Shown here: positions 22,103-35,700 of the stretch, piece by piece | Position numbering within the stretch: position 1 is the first letter of the stretch | Layout of the letters: each line of letters begins with the position of its first letter | Assembly (NCBI RefSeq): GCF_004010195.1 | Contig: NC_057718.1 | Location: 54,830,583 to 54,880,687 of the forward strand | Length of the DNA: 50,105 nucleotides | Direction: 5' to 3' | Source of the DNA: Chiloscyllium plagiosum | Taxonomy: Eukaryota | Made by a program: the position numbers and the translations under genes | The notes under the pieces: generated by a model | What the model was told of the DNA's origin: nothing | What the model saw: the letters and a program-made list of their open reading frames with translations, nothing else | The model's database searches: none

Positions 22103-22212
22103 TACACAGAGGATCAGGCTAGAAAACTTGGAGTGGTGGGATGGGTTCGAAATACTAGGAGGGGAACTGTAGAGGGACAAGTGCAAGGGAAAGAGGAACT
22201 TGTGAACTCAAT
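22103..22212 (+). CDS. ACYP2: Acylphosphatase-2, coding exon 3 (110 nt)
   Basis: Acceptor ATTTTATTTCAG, then [36 protein letters not shown](M), then donor AT|GTAAGT. Contains the GWV.N..GTV signature with the catalytic Asn and is very close to mammalian ACYP2 [29 protein letters not shown]. Confidence 0.95.
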
Positions 22213-22959
22213 GTAAGTATTTCATTCTATTTATATATTTATTGCAAATTAATGAAATATTTGTTTTGCCAAAAGTATCATAATGACGACTATAAAAAGA
22301 ATTGATCTCCAAGCACAAAGAGCATTTTGAAAAATGTTAGTGTGAATTTTATGTTGTCTGTATTTGTTTAACTTCTCTTCATATTGTTTGAACATTATTA
22401 CAGGGAGCTAAGATTTTTAAACAAAATTCTTTCTTGTGTTGAAAGTTGAGTATAGACTTGCTTGGTTAAACAAGTTGTAGTCATCGGTCACTTTTGCTTG
22501 TTCAATATTGAAAATCTTTGAAAAAGACATATTTTGACAAACCTTTTTGTTTTGCACTCGCCGGCATAATTTACAAGAAATATCAATGTGATGGGAAAAC
22601 GTTTTTTAAAAAACTCTATGAGAAGGGAGTATACTCAGTGTGGGTGGCCTCCCATGCTTTGTTGGACCATCTGCCTGACTTTGTACCAGGAACTGATCAG
22701 AATTGGAATATGGTCACTTCTAACTGAATTGCTCTTCTATCAGCAATGTCAGCTGTAATCGGAGAACCCCTTCTCAGGAGCATAGTGTGACAAATATGGA
22801 TAATACATTATCATCAGTTTTGGAATTTGGACTTTTGAAAATAAAGGAGCAGACGAACTTTTAAGTTAGCTTATGATTTGGCAGCTGATATTTTTAAAGT
22901 CCAAAATTATGTGAACAGTGATATTTCCTCTTTCCTATCCTCCAAAATGTACAAAGGCT

Positions 22960-23610
22960 GTGAGCATAAGATCAAATTATGGTCATGTTTCAATTGTACA
23001 TGGCACTTTTGAGACCACATCTGGAGTACTGCTAAGTATTTGTGACTGTATTTATGGAACAATATAATGCACTGGAAACATTTAGAGAAGGTTTATCAGA
23101 CTAATATCTGGAATGAGTGGATAGCCTTACAGGAAAAGATCGGACAGGCAGGCTTGTACCCACTGGGGTTTAGAAAAGGAAGAAATAACTTGATTGAAAA
23201 TACAGATCCTGAGGGTTCTAAAGAAGGTTTTGGACTCAAAATATTAACTGTTCTTTCTCTCTCCAGATACTGCCAGACCTATTGAGTTACTACAGCGCTT
23301 TTTGTTTTTATTTAAGATCCTGAGGGGTCTTGACAGGGTAGCTGTGGAAAGGGTGTTTCCTTTAATGGAAGACTGTAGAACTGGGCCACAGTTTTAAAAC
23401 TCAGAGGTTGATTATCACTGCTGTTGCTTCCATCACCTTTTCAAAAGGTTCAAGAGTTCTTTAAATATTTTAAGGCAGAGATAGATTTTTATTGAGCAAG
23501 GGGATGAAAGGTTGCCAGCGTAGGTAGGAATATAGATTTGAGGTTAAAGTCAACTCGGTCATGATACTTTTGAGTGGCAAAGCAAGCTCAAGGAGTTGAA
23601 TAGCCTACTC
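22960..23610 (+). mobile_element. Old CR1 3' fragment with a 99-bp Penelope-like pLTR insertion (23216-23314)
   Basis: GAGACCACATCTGGAGTACTG (RPHLEYC) and CR1 tail. The insert is flanked by a perfect 12-bp TSD AGATCCTGAGGG (23204-23215 / 23315-23326). Confidence 0.7.
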
Positions 23611-24689
23611 CTGGTCTTTGTTTGCATTTTGGGTGAAGGTGAAACAGTGTTGTAGTTTAAAATATAGGATGGAAGAGAACTGGCAGCTGGAACGATGGAT
23701 TAGGAATGAAGAGATCCTCATTATTGAACCCTCACGCACTACCAATTGCCATGGCTGAGCAATGACTATTCTCATGATGGCAGCATTATTTCCTCCTCCG
23801 GGGTTAGAATGTGTCAGTACTTATGCCTTTCTCCAGTTTCTTGCTGCCTTTGGTTATGCTCCACCTTCTGCAAAGGAGAGGGAAGTGTATCAGTGAATTT
23901 CCTGCAGTATGTATGGGTGATGTAGTTATCATGGTTGAATAGCAGCCAGAATTAAAGAGTTGTTGGTGGAGCAAGCAACAATTCTAAATATCTGAGGGTG
24001 TAGTACAAGATTGCTTGATATTGTCAGTAGGTGGATGGTGGTTAGTGAGTTGAGCATAGAGATGTAGTTTTGATGTGCTTTATGATTGGAAACACTGTGA
24101 TGACATGTGACAGATGAGTAAATGTTTTCCCATGCTGTTTCGATGGTTTTTGTGGATGTACTCCTCACAGTGATGCACTCCTTGCTGCTACTTTTTCTGT
24201 GTGTCTATTTGCATATGCCTTGAGGGCTGCCACCTCTGTTGCTGAAACAGGAAGTTTCTTCTCTCACACCAATGCCTGGAGTGCTTTTCACGTCAACATT
24301 AGTACATCTCTGTCACTGCATTCTGGCATTCTGTAAAATGGAACACAACACTGATTCAGTTTTCAAACAATTCCTGTCAAAGAGTTTTTGGGGTACAATG
24401 TATCTCCCGTAAAGAAAAACAGACTACCTCTAAGTAAGTAGCAAGCTTTCACAATTTCAGGTCTCTACTGATTATTGTAGCCAAGAACAACAAGGTTAGC
24501 GTCAACAGCATGCAGCAAATCATAAAAAACAGCAGGCAGCATAAAAAACAGCAGAAAAGCCAACTTCTAATCAGTGACCACAGCCACCCACTTCTATTAC
24601 TGAGGATTAGTCTAACCACCCATGGCTTAGTGGTTTTCACTTGTGATTAAATCATTAAACTGGGTTTTTCAATTTTTTAGTCTATTGGG

Positions 24690-25500
24690 AAGTGACAAAT
24701 GGAGTTTAATTTAAATAAATGTGAGGTGCTGCATTATAGTAAGGCAAATCAGGGCAGGACTTATACACTTAATGATAAGGTCCTGGGGAATGTTGCTGAA
24801 CAAAGAGACCTTGGAGTGCAGGTTCATAGCTCCTTAAAAGTGGAGTCACAGGTCGATAGGATAGTGAAGAAGGCGTTTGGTATTCCTTTATTGGTCAGTT
24901 TTATAGGAGTCGGGAGGTCATGTGGCTGTACGGGACATTGGTTAGGCCACTTTTGGAATACCGTGTGCAATTCTGGTCTCCCTCCTATTGGAAGGATGTT
25001 GTGAAACATGAAAGAGTTGAGAAAAGATTTACAAGCATGTTGCCAGGATTCAAGGGTTTGAGCAATAGGGAAATGCTGAATAGGCTGGGGCTATTTTCCC
25101 TGGAGCTTCTGAGGCTGAGGGGTGACCTTATAGAGATTTATAAAATCATGAGGGGCATGGACAGGGTAAATAGACAAGATCTTTTCTCTGGCGTGGGGGA
25201 GTCCAGAACAAGAAAATGTAGGATTAGGATGACAGGGGAAAGAGTTAAAAGGGACCTCAGGGGCAACGTTTTCACGGATAGGCTGGTGCATGTATGGGAT
25301 GAGCTGCCAGAGGAAGTGGTGGAAGCTGGTTCAATTACAATATTTTCAAAGGCGTCAAGATGGGTCTATGAATAGGAAGGATTGAGAGGGATATGGGCCA
25401 TGTGCTGGCAAATGAGACTAGATTTGTTTAGGATATCTAGTCGTTTTGGCCCTGTTAGACCGAAGGGTCTGTTTCCATGCTGTATGTCTCTATGACTCTT
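24690..25500 (+). mobile_element. HER1/CR1 LINE 3' end
   Basis: MEFNLNKCEVLH..EQRDLGVQV, LVRPLLEYRVQFWSP..RLRGDLIEIYKIMRGMDRV. Tail GACCGAAGGGTCTGTTTCCATGCTGTATGTCTCTATGACTCT resembles the SINE tail. Confidence 0.92.
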
Positions 25501-25867
25501 CTTGAGTCTGACAAGCAGATACAATTAATCTACTACTTGTTTTGACCTCTAGAGGTCACTGACATTCTGTAATTTTTCTGATGTTACGACACAGGGATAA
25601 TGAGACAGACCAAATCAGATTTGCTAGCAGTGGATTCACAGAACAGTGAAATTAAAACATTTGATGACCCTCAAAATTGTCCAATTGTTCCTAACTAGAA
25701 GTGAAGGATAATAGACATCAGGCATCACATTTACAGCTTAAACAAAAAAGTTAACAGTTTATTATCAATACTGTAACTTGAGAGCAAAGCTAAACAACAA
25801 GGTAATCTAATGTGCATGATTCAAACCCAAACTTCCCACTTACATATGTAGACTGACAGACACAGTT

Positions 25868-26560
25868 AGAGTCATAGAGATCTACAGCACAGAAAAAGGC
25901 CCTTTGGCCCATCACATCTGCCCTGGTCACAAACAGCTACCTAACTATTCTAGTCCTACTTTCTAGATCTTGGCCCATAGCCTTGTATGTGTTGACATAG
26001 TAAGTACACATCTAAATACTCCCTAAGTGTTATGAGTGTTTCTATCTCTGCCACCCTTACAAGTAATGAGTTCCAGATTCTCATCACCCTCTAGGTAAAA
26101 AACATTTTCCTTGCATCTCCTCAAATTTTATAATCCCCTCATAATTTTATACATTTCATTCTTGTCCCCTTTCAATCTCTTCCACTCTGAGGAAAATAAC
26201 CCTAGTCAGCCTAATCTCTTTTTGTAACTAAAACTCTCCAGACCAGGCATGATCCTGGTAAATATTCTCTGTACCCTCTACAGTATTATCACATTTCTCT
26301 AATAATGTGGATTCTAGAAGTGCATACAATACTCTAGCTGTGGCCTAACTAACATTTTATCCAGTTTCAGCATAACCTCCCTGCTCTTAAACTCTATGCC
26401 TTGGCAAATAAAAGCAAATATTCCATGTGTCTCTTAACAACTTTATCCTCTTGGCCAGATGCCTTTAAGGGACCAGTCTACATGTACACTAAAGTCCCTC
26501 TAATCCTTGTGCTCCATCAGGTCCTACCATTCATCATGTACTCCCTTACTTTTTTTATCC
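25868..26560 (-). mobile_element. CR1 LINE 3' fragment
   Basis: AGAGTCATAGAGATCTACAGCACAGAAAAAGGCCCTTTGGCCC tail on the minus strand. Minus-strand GTTAGGCCACAGCTAGAGTATTGT (VRPQLEYC). Confidence 0.8.
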
Positions 26561-28094
26561 TGTCAATTTTGGATTATTTTAATTTTATCTCAATATTTAA
26601 TTAAATTTGTAGTTATTTACAGAATGTAATTGATTCAGACACATTATCTATCAGCAATACATTTACTCCATATTCAGTTTAAATTGTGTTTGCTATATAT
26701 AATTCCAGATGAGGGTGCTAATGTGCCATGTACAAAGTTAAAAAGGAAGTATGCAAAGAATATATCATTTAGAGCTCCTTGTCTTTTAAATATAAGCTTT
26801 TAACCTGAGGCTCATGTTGATTAGCTGGTTTAGCAGTCAGTTGTAGTGAATGTTGTAATTATTGGAAATTCTCAGTCCCTTAAGTTTTTGCTGTAGCCAT
26901 TTCTGTAGCATCAGTTGTCAACTTTTTCAGAGACAGAAAATAGAGACAGCAGATTATTTTTGATTAATTAAAAATGCTCTTGGAATCTCCTTGCAAAGTG
27001 TAGGTCTGTTGTGACGTTCATTGTGTAAATGTTCAGAACTTGGCATTTGTAATGTCTTTGTGAGATTGTGATAGGTTTGTATGGGTGTAAACCTATCTGT
27101 AGGCTCATAATAGAGGCAGTCTATTTTTACAAAGTGTTTTGAAGGTCCATTGTCAGAATTCCCCTGTTATCCTTTGATGTAAGTGGGGTGGGGTTTCAAA
27201 CACAGTTGCCCAAAAAGTATCAAATTTAAGTTTTGTTCCAGCAATACTTGTAGTCAAGAAGCCTTGAACCAATGCAGAGACTTTTGAAGGCCTCATTGTG
27301 AGCTATTTATTCAAGATGATTAATTTTTACTGTCTAGGTAATTACTACGAGAACCTTTTCTAGAAATGGGAGTGAGTCCCAGCCATTAGATATTTCTTTG
27401 TATCTTCCAGAGAGGTTGGCTATTTTTGAGGCAATTTTTACATTTCCTAGCTCATTTCTAGCTATTTTTTCTATCAAACCCAAAATTCAAAGTTTATGAG
27501 TTGGTCAATTAATAATCCCTATTTTGTATCATAATTGCAGTTAAAATTTGATAACAATTGATGTGCTTGCTTAATTAGTTTGCAGCTTATTAAGGTGCCT
27601 TGAATGCAAGAACAAACATAATATATAACATGTTGTTATGGAGTACACCAATAATAAAGTTGCTTTATGAATAAAGACTAGACAGAAGAGTCAGAGGCCA
27701 CGTAATTGAAACATATACGATCTGAGGAGACTTGACCAGATGCATTTGGACTGGATCGTTCCTCTTCTGGGAGAATCTAGAAATAGGGCAATTACATATT
27801 CATACTTGTAAATACCTACACTTTACCAGTTTACTCATGCAGATGTTGATCTGCTTAATCATTTATTCACCTCTACCTTTGACATCCTTGTCTTCAGTAA
27901 AGCCTGGCTGTCTTTCCTCTTGATGTGGTCACACATTCACTCCCTCAAGCCCCAAAGCTGAATACTTGAATACCTCTGTGCACAACAGGTTTTGTCATTT
28001 AACTCCATATGTTTGGATTGCTTCAAGGACTATCAGCCTTGAAAGCCAAAATGTATAATGTGGGAAAGATTAGTGGTAAGCCTGAGGATTATTG

Positions 28095-28732
28095 CATCAC
28101 AGGTAGACTGTGTGGCCAAGAAGGCATTTAGCATGCTAGCCTTCATTGCTCAGAGCATTGAGTTTAGGAATTCATATTGAGGTTGTTGGTGAGGCCATTT
28201 TTGGAGTACTGTGTGCAGTTCTGGTCGCCCTGTGGGAAAGTTGAAGAGGGTTCAGAAAAGATTTATCAGGATGTTGATGGGACTGGAGGGTTTGAGTTAC
28301 AAGGAGAGGCGGAATAGACTGGGGCTAGTTTCCCTGGACCGTAGGAGGTTGAGAAGTAACTGTATAGAGGGTTTTAAAGTCATGAGGGGCATAAGTATGA
28401 TGAATAACAAAGATCTTTTCCCTAGGGTAGGGGAGTTCAAAACTAGGGAACATAGGTTTAAGGTGAGAGGAGAAAGAGTTCAAAGGGACGTGAGGGGCAA
28501 TCTTTTCACGCTGGGTGGTTTGTATGTGGAATGAACTGCCAGAGGAAGTAGTAGATGCTGGTACACTTGCAAAACGTAAAAGACATTTGGACAGTTAAAT
28601 GAATAGGAAAAGTTCAGAGGGATATGGACCAAACAGAGATAAGTGGGATTAGGTTAGTTTGGGAAACTTGGTTGGCATGGATGAGTTGGACTGAAGGATC
28701 TGTTTCTGTGCTGCATGATTCTATGACTCTAT
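28095..28732 (+). mobile_element. HER1/CR1 LINE 3' end
   Basis: KLKRVQKRFIRMLMGLEGLSYKERRNRLGLVSLDRRRLR..TREHRFKVRGER, tail ATGATTCTATGACTCT. Confidence 0.88.
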
Positions 28733-29078
28733 AATAAAAGGTGTCCAAAAGTAATCTAGAGGGAGAAGATAAGCTTTGGATGTAAACTCACAAGTAATAT
28801 TGGCCAGTTAGCTTAAAATCTGTTATTGGGAAGATGGAACAATCTGTGAGAAAAGATCTAATAGCAGAGCATTTAGAGAAGCATAATACTGTATAGTCAA
28901 GCAGAGTCAGCATAGTTCATGAAGGGTAAATCATGTCTGACAAAGTTATTAGAATTCTTTGAAGAAGCAACAAGCAGGATAGGTAAAGCGGAAGCAATGG
29001 ATGTAATATATTTGAATTTTCAAAAAGTGTTAGTTAAAATATCGCTCTTGCTTTATAGGATTGGCTAATCAATTGAAA

Positions 29079-29828
29079 TGCAGGTCCTGGGCCTTCTCGA
29101 TTACCACTCCCTCACCACCTGACACCTGGAGGAAGAACGCCTCATCTTCCACCTCGGGACCCTTCAACCTATGGCATCAATCTGGACTTCACCAGTTTCC
29201 TCATTTCCCTTCCCCCCTCCCACCTTACCCCAGTTCAACTTTCCAGTTCAGCACCATCCTCATGACCTGTCCCACCTGTGAATCTTCCTTCCCACCTACC
29301 CGCTCCACTCTCCTCTCTGACCTATCACCTTTACCCCCACCTCCATCCACCTATTGCACTCTCACCCTCTACGTGTTACCGGAACTGGGAGCCGTCAGTT
29401 CTCGTAGAGCGGTTGCCAACAACCCACGCTCGGCGGTTAAACGTAACCCCGGAGCAGACTCTACCGAACTGGAGACTTTTCCAGCTGATATACTCTTGTC
29501 CAGATATAAACATGCATGTGAACAGCAGAGCAAGGCTAAAAAACACATTCCATTCTGGTTACATACAGATAGGAAGATTCACACGGGAAGGTGTATAATA
29601 AGATTCACACGGGACTAAGCGACACCTTCCATTTTCGGTTAGATTCACACATGTATTGGGACACAATTTTAACCCTTTCACCACAACCCCTGAGGCTCCC
29701 AGCCTCATTCCTGATGAACGGATTTTGCCCGAAATGTCGATCTTCCTGTTCCTCGAATGCTGGCTGACCTGCTGTGCTTTTCCAGCACCATTATAATCTT
29801 GATTATAATCTGCAGTACCCACGTCCAC
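29079..29828 (+). mobile_element. Penelope-like 3' fragment with degenerate hammerhead and 14-bp TSD
   Basis: VLGLL..HLEEERLIFHLGTLQP. ATTC-CTGATGA-..-GAAA-TGTC at 29707-29738. TSD CTAATCAATTGAAA (29065-29078) / CTAATCAATCGAAA (29829-29842). Confidence 0.82.
29368..29685. mobile_element. 318-bp CpG-rich insertion, candidate short solo LTR
   Basis: Flanked by ACCC on both sides (29364-29367, 29686-29689). One end reads TGTGGTGAAA on the minus strand. Three internal AGATTCACAC repeats. Confidence 0.4.
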
Positions 29829-31291
29829 CTAATCAATCGAAAACAGAGTTGGGATAAAGGGCGGCAGTTTCAGAGTGGCAACCTGCAACTAGTGGAGTAC
29901 CACAGGGATCAATGCTGGGGCTGCAATTATTTACTTAGAAAGACTTGGATGAGTAAAGTGAATGTATTACAGTCAAGTTTGCAGATATTTGAAAAATAGA
30001 TGGGAAGGCATGTGCTGATGAAGAGTCTGCAAAGAGATATCGGCAGGCTAAGCCAGTGGACAAAAACTTGGCAGGTGGAATATAATGTGGGAAATGTGTG
30101 GTTATAAACTTTGGCAGGAAGCATAGAGGAGTTGAACATTATTTAAATGAGAAAAAATGCAGAAGTCTATAGCACAGAGAAATTTGGGAGTCCTTGTGCA
30201 TGAATTTCAAAATATAATTTAACAGGTAATAGAGAAAGCTAATGAAATGTTGGACTTTATTTCAAAGAGAACGGAGTATAAAAATAAGGAGGTCTCGCTG
30301 AAATTATGCTAAGCACCAGACTCCTCCCAACCCAGTTATACTCTTCCACCCTTTTCTGTCAGGCAAAAGGTATAAAAGTTTTTTGCACGTACGAACAGAT
30401 TCAAGAACAGCTTCTTCCTCGCTGTTATCAAACTTTTGAATGGATCTCTTTAATGTTATTGTTGATCTTCCTCTCTGCACCCTCTTGGCAGCTGTAACAT
30501 TGTGTCCTGCACTCTGTTCTGTAATCCTGATGCATTTTCTTTATTAAAAATCTGCCTGTAAAGCACAAAAGACCTTGGTACACATGACAAAAATCAAATT
30601 AAATCCATAACTGGAACATTGTGAACAGTTTTGATTTGTTTACCCAAGGAAAGATATATTGGCACAAGAGGCTATCCATAAAAGGCTGTCTGGTTGATCC
30701 TGGGTATGGAGGAACTCTTATGAGGAGAGGTTAAGTAGATTGGGCCTATATTCATTGGTGTTTATAAGAGTGAGAGGGACTTTATTGAATCATGCAAGAT
30801 TCTGAAAGTACTTGACAGGGTAGATGTAAGAGACAAGGAGAAATTTCTTCTGTGTGTAGTGAGAGTTGCAGAGGCTGGGTCATTAAGTATATTCATGGCT
30901 GAGATAGAAAGATTTTTAATCATTTGAGGGAATTAGGGTTATGGGTCAAACCAGGAAAAGGAAGTAGAAGATCAACAGATGAGTCAAGATCTTTTTGAAT
31001 GGCAGAGCAGACTCAGTGGCTGAGTGGTGTACATCAGCTCCTAAATCACCTCTGACCTCCCAATTCTCTCCAAAATGTGTGAGTAAATTGTCTTAAATCT
31101 TGGTAATAATTCTCAAAACTCTGTTTAAATCTCTCCTGTCAGGTTTTTGCTCCTACCTCAAAGCTGAAATGACACTAATTGAAGTTACTCCTCTGAGACT
31201 GGAGTGCAATCTTCTCTCCTAATTCATCTCGATCTCTCTGCTCCTTTGACATTGTTGACCCCCACATATTTTGCTTGGTTCCACTTATGCC

Positions 31292-31484
31292 TAGGAGAAA
31301 GTGAGGACCTCAGATGCTGTGGAGTCAGAGTCGAAAAGTACAACAGGTTCGGCATCATCTGAGGAGCAGGAGAGTTGACGTTTTGGGCATAAGCCAATGA
31401 AGGGCTGTTGCCTGAAATGTCTACTCTCCTGCTCCTAGGATGCTGCCTGACCTACTGTGCTTTTCCAGTGCCACCCTTTTTGAC
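31292..31484. mobile_element. Penelope-derived hairpin element with 12-bp TSD
   Basis: GGCATCATCTGAGGAGCAGGAGAGTTGACG pairs with TGTCTACTCTCCTGCTCCTAGGATGCTGCC. Perfect TSD TCCACTTATGCC (31280-31291 / 31485-31496). Confidence 0.8.
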
Positions 31485-31679
31485 TCCACTTATGCCGATC
31501 TAGTCATCGAGTGCTTCAACATTGATTTATCTTCCCACCTCTGAACCATAATCTTTTGTTTATCCTAAATGATATTCCTTGACCTTTTGCTGTTCCTCAT
31601 CTACAAACTGATCTTTAGAAGACATGCTTAAGTTTCCAGAAATACTACCCTAACATGGAAACCAAGTCTAATATTTCCA

Positions 31680-32720
31680 GAATTACCAATGGCGCAAAGC
31701 TTCGTAGGAATGCGTATTGTAAAGATGATGTTAAGAGTTTTCAGGAGGTTTTGGATAGGCTTAGTTAGTGGGCAAGAACATGGAAAATGGAATTTTATGT
31801 GGAAAAGTGAGGTTATTCACTTTGTTAGAAGGAACAGATGTACAGAGTGTTTCTTAAATGGCAAGAAATTGGAAAGTATAGATGTACAAAGGGACCTTGT
31901 CAGTAAGTCGCTGAAGGCTAACGGGCTGGTGCAGCAGGCTGTTAGTAAAGCTAGAGTGTTAGTCTTTATTGCAAGAGGACTTGAGTACAGGTGTAACAAA
32001 GTCTGGCTTTAATTGTATCAAAGTTGATTAGACTGCATCTGGAGTAGTATGCATAGTTTTGATCTCTGTGCCTCAGGAAGTATGTTATTGTCATAGATAG
32101 AGTGTAGTGAATGTTGACAAGAAGATTGAACTGGTTCCGGCATATCAAATCTGTGGCTACAGGGCAGTTCAGAGGCTGAAAATTCTGAAGTATGTAACTC
32201 TTCCTGATTTCCCAAAGCCTAATCAACATCTGCAAATCACAAATCAGGGGATAATGGGATATACTTGATTTTGATGGTTGTGTGCAATTCAACAACTGAA
32301 AGCTCAACACAATCCAGGACAAAGTAGCCCACTTGATCAACTCGCCATTCACCACCTTCAGTATTCACTCGCCTCCATCACCAGCATAGTGGCAGCAGTG
32401 CACATATTGTACATTATGGATTGTAGCAACACATCAGGCCTCCTTCAACAATATCTTCAAAACCAATGACCTCTGTCAACAAGAGTGGCAGGCGCATGGG
32501 AATGCCACAACCTGTACATTCTGTTCCAAACCACATATTGTTCTGACCTGGGCTCATATCTTCACTGTTGTTGATTCAAAGTAGTGGAACTCCCTCACTA
32601 ACAGCACTGTGGACTGTAATGGCTTAAGAAAGCAAGTCACTAGCACCTTCTCAAGACTAACTAACAATAGCAACAAATGCTGGCCTTTTCATTGATGTTC
32701 ACATTTATTGAGAGATGAAA
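31680..32720 (+). mobile_element. CR1 RT fragment followed by a second old non-LTR 3' fragment
   Basis: KSEVIHFVRRNRCTECFLNGKKLESIDVQRDL..FIARGLEY. Downstream sequence resembles a decayed LINE 3' end whose family was not resolved. Confidence 0.6.
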
Positions 32721-35700
32721 TTTGAAAGAAATCTATTGATATCAGAATTTAACCCCAAGACACATTTGAACCGAATTTAAGGACATTTTTATCCTCACTT
32801 CATTTTCAGTCCACCCTTTTTTAAATAACTCTTACATTTTCTTATGATTATATCCTTGTACTTAATTTACTGCCCTAAGATCTTATCAAAATCACAATAT
32901 CTTCCATATTGTTCCATCTATTTTGCTTGCCCTGTTCTCATCTCTAAGTTCTCCTTTCTTAAATACCGTGGATGCTGAAAATCTGAAATGAAAACAGAAA
33001 ATGCCACATGGCTAGGTATTTCCAGCATTTTCTCTGCAAATTAACCTAAGGGCATTGATAACTGTCTGATTCAGATGATCTTCTACTTCTGAGTAGTTCC
33101 TATTGCTTCAGAATTCATCCTGATGTTTTGGGAATATGAAATCCTCTTCTCTGTTTAAGTCTCGAGTCTTGATTTTTGAGATGTACAACACACACAGTTT
33201 GAATTTGGGAATTTGACATTTGCAGGTGCCAAACAAAATCAGAAACAGTGTTATAGTGTTATATGTGCACGACAGATTGTCATTAGACAATCAGCCTGTA
33301 TTCACATGGCTTAGCTTCCTGTACTGCCACCTACCACCATTGTGATGATGCTATGGCATCACAAATACATGCTCAACTGATCAAAAGGATGTGAATAAAT
33401 GCCAGAGTACAGTCCTTGGTTTGAGTGTTCAAGTTTTTAAAAATTTGCACTGACAATGTTTTTTTTCAAACTGAGTCATAGATACTGAGAGAACTTTATA
33501 ATATGGTATGCTTCATTCACTTTCTACTCTCCACTATGCTGTCCTACTGATCTACACTCATGTCTGCTAATAGACTGCTATTATCTGCTAACTCTTTATA
33601 TAAAGTATACACCTTTAAATTCTTCAGGTTTCCCTTCCTCAAACTGTTAAAACTGAAGCATTTAAATATGTTGCAGCTTCTCTGCCAATCACTTCATTTT
33701 CCAGCACATGCTTTTTATTGGTTTTGGCCCTTCAGTTTTTTAAGGCCCTTCAGTTTTTTAAAGCCCTTACCAAATCACAAATGACATCCTGTGTTAATGA
33801 CAAAGGGAAATCCTGTCCGCAGTCTCTGTAATGGATGACCACACCATTTACTGCATTGCCTTTCGACTGTCATCTAACTTGTTGGCACTAATTCACCTGA
33901 TTCCATTCTAAAATATTTAATCATAACCAGAGCATCACCCAGATGGACTTAGATTAATGTTCTCCTCCTGTGTCAGAATGACTGTATGACATAAAATGGT
34001 TCCTTTTTCTACTGTAAGAATGTTAACTTTGGTGTTCCCCCAAGGTTTTATCCCTGGTCACTAGCTAGTTTGCATCTATGTTGCCCTTGCATGATGTTGC
34101 CTAAAAACAGCATTACTTTTCAAGTCCTCACTGGTGACAAGTTCTACTTCACTGCTATTTCCCTCAATTCCCTCAGTGTGCTAAATTATAAAGCTCTTTG
34201 ACATCCAGGAATGGTTGCGGAGAAATTTCCTCTGATTAAGTATTGGGAAGACTGAAGGCTTTGTCTTCAATACATATTGCAAACACCAATCTCTAACTAC
34301 CAAATCCATTCATCTCCCTGTAACTAATTGTCTACGGGAGACTAGACAGTTCTCGCAGTATACTTGACTCTGAGAAGTCCATCCAAACACATACTCACGC
34401 TATCACTAAGTTCACCTATTTTCACTTGGGTTATGTTGTGTAACTTCAACCCTGCTCATCTGCTATTGAAACCCTCATTCATATCATTGTTACCTCAGGA
34501 CGTGACTAGTTCAATGTACTCTGCTTTCTGTAAACCTAAGGTCATTCACAATCCTGCTGTCCATAATCTTGCATGAGGTCTTGTTCACCTATCACTCCTC
34601 TGCTTGTTAATCAGTATTGTCCCAAAGACAAGCAACACTTAGATTTTAAAATTCTGATCCTATTTTGCAAATCACCAATGGTCATTCAGTTAGACACTCA
34701 ATGTTTAGTTTTGCTTTATGACACTCCTTTGATGCACATTGAGACATTGTATTATGTTCTTTGCTTTTCAAAAATTTAAAAGTGGGTAATTATTTGGTTA
34801 GTTTTAATTTGAGTGAGCACTCCTTACCAAATCCCACTGATTTTATGTGTAATTCTAGCTGTATCTTTTTTGAAACATAACATAACAGTTTGAATGCAAA
34901 TATGGGACCATGATCTATCTGCACATGTGCAGTTGCGCCCATGATCTCACATCAGCCCCCATTTTCTGTCCTTGTAAGCTTCTAACTCAGAAGATTCAAC
35001 TCATTCATTTCAATGAGAAAGAAGGGCAAATTTTCTATATACAAATGTTCTGCTGGAGTCACAAAACTGATTCAGCTGATTAGAAACCAAACCATTGTCC
35101 TTGCACAAATAACAAAAATTTTATTCACAAGTAATCATTGTTATAAGCCGGGTTCTCTGAACTTTTCCCCCTGTACTTTTTTTCAGCTTTACAATGGAGA
35201 TAAGGAATTTCGATGATTTCCTTGCACAAACAGTAAAAAACTTTATATTTCACCTTTAACCCAGAAAATATCCCAAGGAACTTCACAGAAATGCAGTTAA
35301 AAATAAACGAAAGTTGAGACAAGGGAGAAACTATTGTGCATGTTGGGTCCACTGGTGGCGTTGGCCACAAACAAAGCCTTATTTTCAAATAAGATTTCTC
35401 ATTTTGTAAATCATGTAGCTAATCATTTTCTCCCTTCTGTGATAATGTTAAGCTGATCATCAGAAGTACACTCATTCAGTCTTGGTGACTCCCTCACTGA
35501 TTACTCTTTTTTTGTTTGAATAATAAATGATATAACAGAATCCAGCTGGGTGCGTCTGCAATAAAGACTCATGTTTTCCTAGTGTGATCTGTGTAATTAC
35601 TGGAAGGCAGTAAGACCTTGGGAAAATAAAACCAGGGTTGCCAATGGACAAGTTACAGATTTTCCATAGTTTTTGATAAGATTTGACAATCCTTTACAGA

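Larger units (their letters stand above)
28740..31030 (+). mobile_element. Old CR1 RT remnant interrupted by a Penelope element and a probable Rex/Babar-like 3' fragment (~30320-30600)
   Basis: SQHxFMKGKSCLTKLLEFFEE (~28905-28965), GVPQGSMLG (~29893), WQVEYNVG. The insert contains FKNSFFLAVIKLLN. Confidence 0.7.

Noticed and set aside
25582..27535. Third LTR starting TGTTACGACACAG
   Set aside because: No clean CA end or TSD could be identified and it is interrupted by a LINE, so boundaries are unsupported.
29061..29618. Longest ORF in the window (185 aa)
   Set aside because: It crosses a CR1/Penelope/insert junction in a non-native frame, so it is a chance fusion of repeats.
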